Below are positions 12,270-24,986 of a DNA stretch of 64,000 nucleotides, piece by piece. Numbering within the stretch: position 1 is the stretch's first letter; each line of letters opens with the position of its first letter. Both the position numbers and the translations under genes were made by a program. The DNA is from Lingula anatina (Eukaryota > Animalia > Brachiopoda): the NCBI GenBank assembly GCA_051362555.1, contig CM120645.1, positions 23,774,934 through 23,838,933 of the forward strand, written 5' to 3'. The notes under the pieces were generated by a model. That model did not search any database, was not told the origin of the DNA, and saw only the letters and a list, made by a program, of their open reading frames with translations.

Positions 12270-13339
12270 GCTCGTGTATATTGATTTCATTTGATGAACT
12301 CATTTAGTATTATATCTTTCTCAATAAAGCGGGGTAAAGGGATATAAATTTGATTGATTGTGTTATGTCCGTGGTTTCGTCTGATATGACCGTCGGGTTC
12401 TGCTTGAAACTGAATGCGATGTATTCACAATGCCCGAGTTCAGTTGAGCGATGGCGTAACAAGTTGTGCAATACAGAAATGTGCACAGCTAGTGAATAAC
12501 CACGGAAATACATATATATCGATACATATCTGGTGAAAGCGCCCGCTCTGCAACACGACAGAGGGTATAGTTTGGTAGAAAAAAGAGCCAAGGGTCGGGA
12601 TTTCATGTGCTGCTGGGATTAGCAAACCTGACATATGATCAGGGTGCTGCACTAATGACTGACAGGTGTAGACAAGCGTATTTTGCGTCAACTTCAAAGG
12701 GAAATTTCATTTTAAAGAAAAGGATAATTTTTTTCTTTCGTTTTCAACCGTTAATAATGTGTGCTAGGAATGCTTTTTTAAAGAATTTTCTGTGAATACG
12801 GTTTTCACAAAACTTCGTGCCGGGTTCCTTTGACTCTTTGATTCCAAAGTTACATGAATAAACTAGAACATACATGAACTGGAGTGTGCAATGCAGAGAA
12901 GAACCAATCCCCAAATAATCTGGACCAACTTCGCTAAGTTCTTTATGAAAAATGGGACAATGTCCCACAAAACAAGATTGTTACGCTTGGTGAAGGCTTG
13001 TTGCGCCGCCTACAGGAGATAACTGCAGTGCGCGGTAAACACACACGCTATTAGACACGTGACCGTTAATAAGCAAATTCTAATGCTAATTGTGTGTAAA
13101 TTTGGTGATATTTGGTGGGCTCTTTTTAATTTAACAGACGCTGCTTTACCTCTGTGGAAATCACAGTGATATATAGATATTTTCTCCGCTATTTTGAATT
13201 TTCTGAACGATTAATCATGAAAGTTATGTTATTTGGAATAAAAAGCAATGTTTAGAACAGTTTACACCAGTGACGTTACCATTTGTTAATAAAAGCACAT
13301 GGAATTGGGGGTCGGATAACCTTTTTGGCAAATGTTGTA
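12270..13339 (+). mobile_element. Tc1/mariner transposon relic
   Basis: 12895-13054 translates REEPIPNNLDQLR*VLYEKWDNVPQNKIVTLGEGLLRRLQEITAVRGKHTRY*, allowing for a small indel; this is the typical Tc1 transposase C-terminus. A TIR-like end (gtcggataacctttttggcaaatgttg) is followed by TA at 13338. Left boundary uncertain. Confidence 0.65.
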
Positions 13340-15199
13340 TGTGTATTAGTAATATGTTTGATTATAAGGTTTATTACAAAGGGATATAATAACAAAGACC
13401 TTTAAGCCGCCAAACTAGATTTTATTTTTATAATTATCAGTAAATTGCCCAAGTGGTATTGAACAAAATATTCTAAATATTAGTGGTGATTCTCTATAAC
13501 ATCTTCCTGCCATGATGTCTTCTTAAAAACAGGAACTGAAAAGGAAAGAAATGATGTTGTATAAACAAGTATATTACCTAGATCAATCTAATGATACACA
13601 GAGGTGTCAGTCAAGTGGCTCAAAATGAGAAAAAAAAAGCATTTTCCCAAAAACGTGTTACATTGACGCCCATCGTCTGTTATTGAATTTGTGTGAATGC
13701 ATCGCATCATTCGTCTTTTAGACCATGATTATTAGGCTTTTGGGAGTTCAGCCTAATGCTGTTTACGTAATCTACTGCATGAGTAAATATTCCGACAAAT
13801 ATATATGAATTTATTGTCGTTTAACGAGTCAACGTAAATGTGTTAGAGAAGCGAGTAAGGTGAGAAAATGAGTTCATAGGGCGGAGAATTCGAGATGCGC
13901 AGATTGAGTATTGCGCATTAGTATAAAAGGAATAACGAGATGAGTAGTTTTCATTCGAGACTGTTTCAGCCGTCTGCGTCGGACTGGTGAAGTAAATCGC
14001 GAATGAGTTAAAAAAGGAGGCAGGAGTCGGATTCGGATAGTGAATTAAGATTCCGTAGACGAACGAGAGAGCAGAGATTTTGTAGAGTTGGTGGTAGACG
14101 ATAAAGAGAGGGTAACGAAGAGACATAAATCAGGACAGGGGATGTAATTGAAAACAGTTCCGTCGGTAATATGGCAGACACGTTATCGTTGTCTAAAGTC
14201 CATATGGGAAAAACAGTTCAAATAGTTGAAAAGAGAACACGCACAAGAAAGTCAAAGCCAATACACAAAGTTCAAGACGGTATAGCAAAAATCTTTATTT
14301 ACGGGAAATCAAAAAACAGTAAGAAATAAATACCGAAGTAATTGAAAAAATTCAAAAAGTAGATATGTTAATTAAGGATGAGCAGGTAAAAGAAGACCGT
14401 AAGGTATTGAAAGAAAGCATTGGCATTTTTCAAAAGCGTAATAAACACATAAGAATAGCAGAGAAGTCAAAAGCAGGTTAGAAAGCGGTAAAAGAATTTA
14501 AACTGCACGAGTCAATTTTGCATGTGTTTCTGACAGAGGATATTTCCTTTTTTGAAGAGAAAGATGCCCAAAATCAAAACCAGTGATTTGCCTACGGGAT
14601 ATATGGCCATTGGACGGAGTTCTGCACAAATAGATATCAAACCCAGGGTACAGTGCCTCCACGTGAAAGAACATACGGACACACAATTCGGGAAAGAGAA
14701 GATACAGGTAGCGGGAGATAACAGAACTAATAGAAGCAAGACGAGCAAATGAAAATAACAAGATAAGTATATGATCGATAATAATTTGAGAGATTCGGAT
14801 AAGATGAAGAATTACCAATTTAATGTTAAAGGGAGACGTAAGAGAAACTACCAGTTCTGGGAAAGCATACAGAATTTTAACTGTGTTTTAGACGTATTCA
14901 AAAATGGATAAATCTTTCCATTTATTCAGACTTCGTTGGATTCAGTTATCAAGAAAGCATCTTTCGAAAACACAGAATATGTCAGCAAAGACATTTGTTA
15001 AAATCTGTTAGAATTTGAGAAGTGAAAGAAATCCCAAAGGTGGTAAGTCCGTTGAGGGTTACTTCTAACAGCAGTAATTGATTTAAGACACGCGAATCCA
15101 TACATTTGAAAAGAGAAGGTAAAATTTAAAGATGCGAACGAGGATATACAATATGTTAAATTGGGAAGGTTTAAGGTTGATTTGAAAGATGGTTATTAT

Positions 15200-15253
<54 letters not shown>

Positions 15254-17035
15254 GGAATCACAATTTTTGTTTTCAACCAATTTTTCTTGATGTATGAACG
15301 GTTAAAAAAATACGATATTGATACAATGCTTTATTTTTAGAATTTCCTCAGCAGGTTACATATTCAATAAAGTTTTGAAATGTTTAGTGAAACAGAGATC
15401 AAATCATATAACAATTATTATGTAGATGATTTGGGATTTAGTGAAAATTCAGAGACTTGTGGAAATTTTACGAATCTAGTCGGACACGATTCAATTAAAC
15501 CTGGTGTCTGGTATACGGAAAATAGCACAAAAGTCGAGCTGGTTGGGGTTAAATTGGAATTTGGAAACAGCAATTATTTCAATAATTAACAAATCATTTG
15601 CAGATTTTAAAGTTCATTTAATGGATATATCAAAATATGATATAATATAAAATATAAAATATATAAAAAATATCTGCTCGAAGTTACGAGAAAAATTATG
15701 TATTTACATATAGTAATAGGTGATGTAACGAAAATGACGACTAGAAATTTGTATCAAGTCATAAATGGCTAGGAAAATTGGGATGGCCTTGATGATTTAC
15801 ATTACAAGTTAGATATGTTAAATGAATTAAAATTTTGGTTGTCGGACATAAACAGACTAAATCGCAGAGACATGTTCGTGAATGATGCACCAAAAATACT
15901 GGGTTTTTCAGATGTAAGCGAACACACATTTGGCGGTTATTTGTTTTGATGCAATTTTGAGATTTGTTAAAAAAATGTGATCAGATATTGAGAAAAAGCA
16001 GAGCTCAATACGGAGACAATTTAAGTCGTTACTTATTTCATTGCAGTCATTTATAAAATTTATTAAAAATCGCAAAATCGGGTGATTTACAAACAATCAA
16101 AATGTTGTGAGAATGTTACAAACATGGTACAAACTGGATTGACTAAAGTGAATTTGCAAACATTGGCATTAAAAATTTCAATTTTAGTGTAGAAAATAAT
16201 ACTATTTTGCAAATAAAATGGATTCCAAGAGCACAAAACGAAAAAGAGGATTATGTAAGTAAAATTATAGACACGGAAGTTTGGCAAGTTACGAAAAATT
16301 TATTTAATTTTATGATTAAAAAATGGGGCACATATACAATAGATAGATTTGCAAATTACGAAAATACAAAGGTATCTCGTAAAGGTAATTCAAAATTTAA
16401 GAACTAAAATACAGAAGCTGATGATTCGTTTTTACAGGATTTGTCAAATGAAAATAATTGGTTATTACCTCCAGTGGTGTTAGTGACAAAAGTTATAAAT
16501 CATTTATTATTTTGCAAATTAAGAGATAATTTAGTAGTACCAGATTGGAAATCGCCAACATTTTGGTCTATATTGCAGGATTAAAAATCAAAGCGGAAAT
16601 GGTATGTTTAAGATACCATAGCTTTTAAGAACAGACATTTGCAAACAGGAAAAACAAAGGTCTTATATAGGATCAAATAATTCAAGCATTAAATTCTGGA
16701 AATAGTGATAAATTGCTCTGTATGAAACGATTAGATCGAGATCGAATTTAGAAGAAATTGAAATAGTTATTGAAATAATTATATAGCGAGTTTGAAATGG
16801 ACACGGAAGAGGGTAAAACGATGTTTGTTTTGATAAAATTAATGAGAGAGAAAGACAATGAGGCAAATTATTTTTATTTAAAATATAACAGGTAAAATGC
16901 AATGGAGCACGAGTAAATCGAGAAGTGATTTGACGGATTTACAATGGATTATGCTATTAATTACATAAAATTTGTATGTATTATAATCATTTATGAAGAA
17001 GACATAGTGAGATATTGATCAATATGGTTGATAAT

Positions 17036-17700
17036 CGAATCGAGATGTGATTCGATGTGAACCGAGATGTGGTTCGATACGAACCAAGGTGTAGTTCGTT
17101 AAGAAGTGAAATCTGATTTGATGCGAATCAAGATGTGATTCAATACGAATCAAGATGTGGTTCGATATGAACAGAGATATTTGATACGAATCGAGATGTG
17201 ATTCGATGCGAACCGAGATGTGGTTCGATACGAACCGAGGTGTGGTTCGATACGAACCGAGGTGTGGTTCGTTAAGAAGTGAAATCTGATTTGATGTGAA
17301 TCAAGATGTGATTCGATATGAATCAAGATGTGGTTTGATATGAAAAGAGATATTTGATACGAACCAAGGTGTGGTTCAATAAGAAGAGAAATGTGATTTG
17401 ATGTGAATAAAGATGTGATTCGATATGAACAGAGATATTTGATACGAATCGAGATGTGATTCGATATGAATTGAGATGTGATTCAATATGAATTGAGATG
17501 TGATTAGATATGAATCGAGGTGTGGTTCGATATGAACCTAGATGTGATTTGATATGAATCCAGATGTTATTTAACATGAATTGAGATGTGATCTAATATG
17601 AATCAAGATGTGATTCGATGTAAATCGAGATATGATTCAATACGAATCAAGATATGGTCGATACGAATTGAGATATGAATCGAGATGTGATTTGATTAGA
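17036..17700. repeat. Minisatellite, ~22-bp unit GATGTGATTCGATATGAATCGA, inside the Ngaro element
   Basis: About 30 head-to-tail diverged units with an internal palindrome GATTC-n5-GAATC and no unique spacers. Confidence 0.85.
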
Positions 17701-18554
17701 TGAATGTGGATTTGATATCAGTTTGAAGTTAAAAGGTAGAATTGAGATGAGATCGAGTACGATATAGTCTAAATGTGATTAGATTTCAAAATTGCAAATA
17801 ATACAATGATTATATGGCAAAAAAAAAATAATAATAATAATTGATTAGACAAATGCAAAAAGGGAAATTGTAAGGTGAATGTGGAATGGTGAAATTACCA
17901 TACTGAAATAGACCGAGCTTAGAGATGATGATAAGAGATAAGTAGCATAGATATCCATTATTGGTATTAATGTGAATAATAATTTTCCATTGCAGATTTT
18001 CAAAACGGAGATAAAGACAAAGTTGAGAGAGGCACAGGACACATCACTAAAGATTTTGGGTACAAATTTACCACAGGTGTTGGAACATTCGAGAGCAGAA
18101 GATACTGTGCGGTAATACTTATATGTATTTCAGAGAAAAATGGGCAAGTAATTTTGTATAAGTAAATATTTTTTCCAGAAAACAAGCATGACATTGAACT
18201 TTTAAGTTAAAACATGTTTAGTTTTATACAACAGTATTGTAAATCAGGAACGATTCAAGACTTTAAGTACGGTTTAAAATGGGCAGATGAAATATCAGGT
18301 ATGAATACAAATTCTTGCGATAATATTATGACAAATTATCTTGTTGAAGCGTCAAAGAGAATGTCATGCAAGAAAACAGTGAAAAAGGAAATAGTTATTC
18401 CGAAAATATTAGAATTCAAATTGTAGTTTAGCAGATTTACGAGATGTTGGTATATTCTTAATATCATTTGCAGTTTTGTTAAGATAAAGTGAAGTATGCA
18501 ATATTAAGAGATCGGATTAATATATTTATAGAAATAAATAAAGACTGACATTTA

Positions 18555-18811
18555 GGCTTCGTTCACATGCAATGTCTATTTTCTAATTTCTATTTTCTAT
18601 TTGCGCTATCTTATGATCACGGTCTGTGGCCTGAATATCCCGCCGCGTAATTACTGGCAGCGCGAGCCAGTTACTTATAGTAACTTATAGTAACTGGCTC
18701 GCGCTGCCAGTAATTACGCCGCGGGATATTCAGGCCACAGACCGTGATCATAAGACATACCGAAAATAGAAAATAGAATTTAGAAAATAGACATTGCATG
18801 TGAACGAAGCC
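18555..18811. mobile_element. PIF/Harbinger-type (Tourist-like) palindromic MITE nested in the YR gene
   Basis: ggcttcgttcacatgcaatgtctattttcta...tagaaaatagacattgcatgtgaacgaagcc, almost wholly self-complementary. TTA target duplication at 18552-18554 and 18812-18814. Removing it restores the codons for KTDIYRDG. Confidence 0.9.
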
Positions 18812-20421
18812 TTACAGGGACGGATCTACTGCTTAGGTTGCTAAAACCGGAGAAGCTACATGTTAAAAAGACATTTGAAAGTAGGTAGTATTGATGAGAA
18901 TTCAGATAATTATATATTTAGAACAGTTACTTATTTAAAGAAATCCAAAAAAGCACATTTTACGTAAAAATGGGAAATCGTCGTAAACAAGAATAAGAGC
19001 AGTTATTTTAGAGAAGTTAAAAAAAAAGTTTGGTTTACATAGTGTTGGAGTCAAAGATCATTTGTTTAAAAAGCATGGACGTTGGATTTAATATAAAGCA
19101 AAAGACACATATACAAGAGTTTTTCAAAAGGAGTCAAGTGTCTCTAAATGTGGTAAATTTTAAGATGTAGAATACATTATTTTAATCGGATTCATAATTC
19201 GTGATCATTATCAATCACTTATTACGGTAAGTACTTTTTTCAGGTGGTAAGTATACATGTATATCTTTGAATAAAAGAATTAGTAGTTGTCGTTTTTTAA
19301 TCAAAATTAAAATAAAATTGCCCGTTCTTTGTGGTCGACGCAGACAGGCATGCAACAGCTCATAGCAAGGGTTAACGAAATAAATGATTTGAATTGGAAA
19401 CGGTGGTTTGTGTTTTCGTTGCGAGTTATTAGACAATAAATGATTTATATGCGATTAAGTGAAACGAATAAGAATATAAATGAATTTATTGTCGTTTAAC
19501 GAGTCAACGTAAATGTGTTAGAGAAGCGAGTAAGGTGAGAAAATGAGTTCATAGGGCGGAGAATTCGAGACGCGCAGATTGAGTATTGCGCATTAGTATA
19601 AAAGGAATAACGAGACGAGTAGTTTTCATTCGAGACTGTTTCAGCCGTCTGCGTCGGACTGGTGAAGTAAATCGCAAATATGTGATAAAATAATAGTATA
19701 GATAGCATACGAAGAAATTATTAGCAGGTCAGAGAAGTAATGTTTATAAGAAAAGGTATAAGAGGGTCCAGTTGACATAAGTTGATGTATTGAAAAAGGG
19801 TATATATATTTTGTAGTATTAACGAGTGCAATTTCAACACTGTAAAAGGTGAAAGCGGGGTGTAGGTAACAAAGAAGAAGTGGTAGTAGTGGTAAGATTG
19901 AGAAGGTGATAGTTTCTGATGTTCAGTTTGTTCGTGGTATGTACGCATTCGGTAATACAGATAAGAAGGCAACCATTAAAAGGGTTAATTGAATTGTATA
20001 AAAGGTGGAGACCTAGATGTGTGGAGAGACATGATCGCCAACGCTGAACAGCAGGGCACTACAAAAAGATGATAAAATGTAAATGTGTATAACAAAATAG
20101 CAGATGTATTGTATAAGAGAAGTTGATAGAGGGTTATAGTTTGAGAGTGGGTGAAGTACAGTTAATGCGTGGTATGTACGCATTCTGTGACGCAGACAGG
20201 CATGCAACAGCTCATAGCAAGGGTTAACGAAATAAATGAATTGAATTGGAAACGGTGGTTTGTGTTTTCGTTGCGAGTTATTAGACAATAAATGATTTAT
20301 ATGCGATTAAGTGAAACGAATAAGAATATAAATGTATTTATCTATACCTGCGTATAGACCAAATTCCATGAGTCACACATTCAAAACTTACAAATTTCAT
20401 GGCAAGTATTGTGGTAGCTAT

Positions 20422-21260
20422 TTACTCCAGCGTAGGGTCGTACTTTTTCAACATCTGAAATTGATTAAACTTATTGAGTAACAGCACCCTGAGCTTCAGA
20501 GCTGACTTGACACTAACCTTTTCACTGTAGCCTATCTCCATCGTGTCAAGTAACCTCTGACGAAAATAGTTTGACCTATTTTATATAAGCCAATCGAATC
20601 CATGTTTCAAAATTTTTCACCAAAGTTTGGTGAAAACGCTGATTGGTTGATCGTCAATCGGCAATCCTCGGCTGATTCCGCAAGTTCCATACTAACAACA
20701 TAGTTATTGTCGAGTGCGGAGACATCCGAGTAGTTCCGAATGGTTCCGAGTGCATAACCGTACACAAAGAAAGCATGGAGTATATCGGAATTGAAACCAG
20801 AGCAGTATGATGCCCTGCATCATTATCTACTGAGGGATGATGTATTTTGCGTGCTGCCCACAGGTTACGGCAAGTCCCTGATATTCAGCCTTATCTTTGA
20901 TTGGTCCGGATTTGAACAAAGCGCGCTATGACTCGTTCGCGTTCATTGGCTAGATCGTTCAATGAGTCATTGAGTGCGGGCTTTAAATTTGATTGGCGGG
21001 CGGCGGGGGCACTCGAATCTGGTCAGAGGTTACTTGACACGATGGAGATAGGCTACAGTGAAAAGGTTAGTGTCAAGTCAGCTCTGAAGCTCAGGGTGAG
21101 TAACAGTGGATATGAACGAAATTTTCTGGGACACTCATCATTATATAGAAAAACATTATTCGTCAGATGGCAGCACTGTGCATTCAACCGTCAGGACTGC
21201 TTCTTTATAGTGTAGGCAAAAGTCACTAGGATTCCCCATAGGGGAATACTATTGTTTTTG

Positions 21261-21295
<35 letters not shown>

Positions 21296-23961
21296 CTTAT
21301 TCTTTCCGCGCGTTTTTTTTTTGCAAAAAATCTGAAATAATTTACATAGGTAGCCTATGGTAAGAACATGCCATAGACCCAGTTTCAGTGACCTTGACCT
21401 ACTTTTCAAGGTCACAGGGGCTTTTGAAGGCAAAATTTGTAAATTTTGAAATTGCCATTAGCCCTTAAGTATAAGCCATATGGCTAAGTGCCTTAGAGAT
21501 AATGATACGGAGCCAAATCGCCACATATTGACCTACTTTTATGCAAGTAGGTCAAGGTCAAGGTCGCTAATGGCCAAACGGGCTCAAAAAAGGTTTGTTT
21601 CGGAGATCTCAAAAAACCGGAAGGCCCAGAGCCCCAATCATAGTGGCAAATGATGCCCTATATATTTATCTAAGGTTAGCTGTAAATTGGTAGCGACTGC
21701 CTAATTACTTTTTTTAATATAGATTTTTAAATATTTATGACATTGCAGAAATCTTGAGTTTGGCAATTTCTCCATGAAACACTGGTTTTTGGTCATAGCA
21801 TGCTATAGTAAACTACCCCAAACATATACCCAAAACCCCCAAATCAAATGTCAAATTTGACCTTGACCCTCATTTTCAAGGTCATTCGGCTATTTCATGG
21901 AGAAATATTGACGTGGGCTAAAAGTGATGTTTTGTTGACCCCCCCCCCCCCCCCCCCAAATTCGCATATGCTCTTTCAGAATATGGGATCAAATTTAACC
22001 CATGACCTTCACATGACCTTGTAAGAGCATTTCCACGCCTATTTTGCAGGGGAATCCTCCGCCACTGGAATTAGCTAGTTGCAGTCTAGTCTGAATTTTC
22101 TGTCCAAAAGTGGCAGTCTTTCGTATTTACATGTTTCTGCTGTGTGTCAGGTATTTTATTTCTAGTATAATGAACTAAACAAACGTTTTATATAAGATAC
22201 ATAGCTCCAACATGCTTAATTTCAAAGATTAAAAATGTTGTTGCTTTCAAAGCGCCATACATATGGATACAGATATGGATACGGATATGGTCCTACAATG
22301 TAGTGAGTACAAACTAGTTTTTTGTCTATATTCGTGCTCGCACTTCATCGCTTGCGAAACCTCCCTCAAATTAAAACTCAAACAGACCTTTTCACACGCC
22401 TCAACACATTCCTCCTCTTCTAACTGGCCATTGCCTGAAATAGAAACCAACAGTCATTTTATGGGATGTCGGATAATTCAAGCACATGTCTTCGACATTT
22501 AAGTTTTATGATATACAATATGACGAACCATACATGATTATAACTAGGAATAATACTTCAGACCTGTGTGTAAAGAAATTATTGGCTCCTGTGGCTGATT
22601 ACCATAATACAAGTTACATCTGCTACTTTAATGACGGCATTTTTTGTTTATAACTATGTATTTAAAAATAGTTTCGATATCGCTAATGAAACTTGAACGG
22701 CAGGAATTTTACAAGCTCTAAAATGAGTTAGTATTGCTGTTAGAAGCTGTGTCTGTATGTTATAGTAAAGATGGCATGTGGTCTAAATACAACGTTATCA
22801 AAGCCGTGATCATACTCTCTTTCACTTGTAATATGTGGAGATTTCAATCAGAAAGATTGAATTTCAGAATATAATATCCCTTGTGTGTTACTTTACATTA
22901 TGATGAAAATATAAAAATAACTTTGGTATCGTTGACTAAATAACAAAAAAAATTTTAAGTGAATTTCAATAAAGAAGAAAACTTGAGTGGTTTTCTTGAA
23001 TTTACGTCAGTTTTACAACAAGCAGCAGAAAGCCCATATTAACCAACAGTTAATTTGTTTTAATGAATATATCTTTTTTAAACTTAAACTCGTATTTTTT
23101 GTTATTGAATGCAGATTAACTCATACTGCAGATATTTGAAGAATGCTGTTATGGCGGGGGTAAAAAGCACTTACCATTGGTATCTAGTATCAATATGTCA
23201 GACAATTCATCTTCTGTCAGTACCCCGTCTCCGGTAAAATCAACCATTTCAAAGAGTGCACGAGACCATAGCGGCTTAAATGTGGGATCCCCTTTGGTCA
23301 AACTCCTCAGCAGTTCACTTTCTGTGACTTCATCATTGTCTACAAAACGGAAGAATGTTGACCATTGTTGGTTAGGCATTGTTTAATTCCATGAAAATGT
23401 TCAATGTGTTGACAGTTTCGCCTTATATTTCTCACTGTAGATCTAGATTATTGAGAACTCAAATTAAATGTAATTTTATAAAGAATTCCCACTATCTCAG
23501 TGCTATGAATATTAGCAAGGGTTGCTATCGGTGACACCATAGTAATTTATTGAAGGGAAATTTTGTGAAAATATTATAAATTATATCACGAATGTGGTTA
23601 GTTTCCAACGTGTAATATTAACATTTCTTGTATTAAAGGAAGCTTATTTTATAATAAATGCAGATACAAATTTCGGCTATGTTGCGGTGTTATAACCGTT
23701 ACAAATAAAACATGCTGCAACTTACGATCAACGTCAGAAGAAGCAATAAAAGCTGCCCATTCCAACACAGTGATAATATCGTCATTATTAGTGTCGGCGA
23801 AATCGCAAACCATTTTCCCAATCTCCGCCGCTGTTACCTGAGGCTTTTTGTCATTTGCAGGAGCACAGTGACTAGAATAGTGTGAATTATTTCAAATATT
23901 CTTTCTGCAAGGTATTTGCAGGTATATGCTGTGTTTAAGATGTATACGCATATTAAAATGT

Positions 23962-23996
<35 letters not shown>

Positions 23997-24080
23997 GAGC
24001 ATGAGCACAAGTGCTTACATGTTCGTCGCCATGGAGCCAACACACAGAACCACAATTATCACGTGGAACTTCAACTTCAT
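20422..24080 (-). CDS. Gene C1: secreted 4xEF-hand calcium-binding protein, 150 aa
   Basis: Exons complement(24019..24080,23726..23871,23175..23339,22388..22434,20422..20454). Starts MKLKFHVIIVVLCVGSMATNIHCAPANDKKPQ. Loops DTNNDDIITVLE, DVDHNDEVTESE, DFTGDGVLTEDE, DTNGNGQLEEEE. Ends MLKKYDPTLE*. Confidence 0.9.
20485..21098. mobile_element. Non-autonomous DNA transposon with ~77-bp perfect TIRs and 8-bp TSD (hAT- or P-like) in C1 intron 4
   Basis: caccctgagcttcagagctgacttgacac... / ...gtgtcaagtcagctctgaagctcagggtg. TSD AGTAACAG at 20477-20484 and 21099-21106. A single AGTAACAG is at the empty site in C2 (~33552). Confidence 0.92.
21226..22089 (+). mobile_element. Helentron-associated (HINE/DINE-1-like) element in C1 intron 4
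   Basis: 5' subterminal aggattcccc with adjacent inverted copy ggggaat, then a (TAT)n microsatellite, gaccttgacc/aaggtca motifs, 3' subterminal ggggaatcct and a short terminal hairpin. Absent from B and D intron 4. Confidence 0.7.
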
Positions 24081-24828
24081 TCTGCAGTTTGGTGTACTTG
24101 AATAGAAGTTAGATATCAGCTAAATATAAGAAAATACAGTGAGACCTGTTAATAATTTCTAATGTTTTTTTAATGAAAACAACTGTCGTTTTGGACAAGA
24201 AACGAATTTTCCTGGGGTAAACGACGATTTTCCCATACTTACCAATGGTTATTGAATCTATTCCGGCATTCAAAGTAAGTCCACGCTATTTTTTTCATAA
24301 GTTTGTTTGTAATAATCTCGTACATGTAAGATTTGGATACATTTGAATCTGTATAGATGGGAAATGGGTTTAAGACAACTAAAGCCCCACATAATATTTA
24401 ACGTAATATTTACCATAGTGGATACCAGTAGAAAACTTAAAGGGTACCATGGTCTTATATATCACAGGAAATAAATATCCCCGAATTTAATCAATGATAA
24501 ATTACAAAAAATTAAAATACCCTCAAATGACTAGAGAATGTTTAAAATGGTACAAAAACAATATCGCTGACAAAATGATCAGGTATCATGTTTTACATGT
24601 AGGTATGACTAGATCATGATCATAAAAAATAAAGTAAGAGGTTCGATTGAACCCAAGTGTTCATATAATTCTAAAGCTAAAGCTTTATAATTCTAAAGCT
24701 GTAATATTACACAAAGGTGTAACAAACGAAATAGGTCATAGAAATGTAATAGAGCAATTGATGAAAATATAAATGCTGTGTCAATACAATAATCGAGCAA
24801 TCGATAAAAAAAATAATTTCAAAACTTA

Positions 24829-24980
24829 CTTGTTAATGTTAATGTTCAAAACAGCAACAACTTGGAGTAGAGATCTACGACCGAAATATCCACAAAACAG
24901 GATATTTCGAGTATTGAGTATTTTTATAAAAAATTCTAGTGAGAACCACGTCAGCTGCTCACATACGGGTATTTTGACGT
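24829..24980 (-). promoter_or_regulatory. Putative non-coding first exon and core promoter of gene C1 (homologues at ~5470-5615, 10188-10330, 29790-29930, 38350-38495, 42660-42805)
   Basis: GTAAGT-type donor (aaaacttac on the plus strand), TATA-like TATAAAA at about 24921-24927 on the minus strand, and a conserved block gtcagctgct..catacgggtatttt present upstream of all six genes, including divergent A. No transcript evidence. Confidence 0.5.
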
Positions 24981-24986
24981 TCTTGA

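Larger units (their letters stand above)
13808..20334 (+). mobile_element. Degenerate Ngaro/PAT-type (DIRS order) tyrosine-recombinase retrotransposon with split direct repeats
   Basis: Repeat order is A1 (13808-14000) ... B1 (19337-19482), A2 (19483-19676) ... B2 (20189-20334). Relic motifs: gag-like KRNKHIRIAEKSKAG (~14430); RT VVSPLRV, IDLRHAN, FKVDLKDGYYHI and YVDD (15419); RNase H WIPRAQNE; methyltransferase-like WGTYTIDRFA..NNWLLPP..LVVPDW; YR LISFAVLLR..KTDIYRDG..FGLHS..KDHLFKKHGRW..KAKDTY (18430-19115). The empty site is present at about 33409. Confidence 0.9.

Noticed and set aside
12310-12968. ORFs conserved in both duplicate units (MKSRPLAL..., MGHCPIF...) as host genes
   Set aside because: Conservation only reflects the recent duplication, and the region is a Tc1-like relic.
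13821-14126. Duplicated small ORFs (13821..14126 / 19496..19708 and 19215..19436 / 20013..20288) as a gene family
   Set aside because: They are antisense translations of the Ngaro A and B terminal repeats.
17036-17700. CRISPR-like array of short palindromic repeats
   Set aside because: Units are head-to-tail with no unique spacers, there are no cas genes, and the context is eukaryotic. It is a minisatellite.
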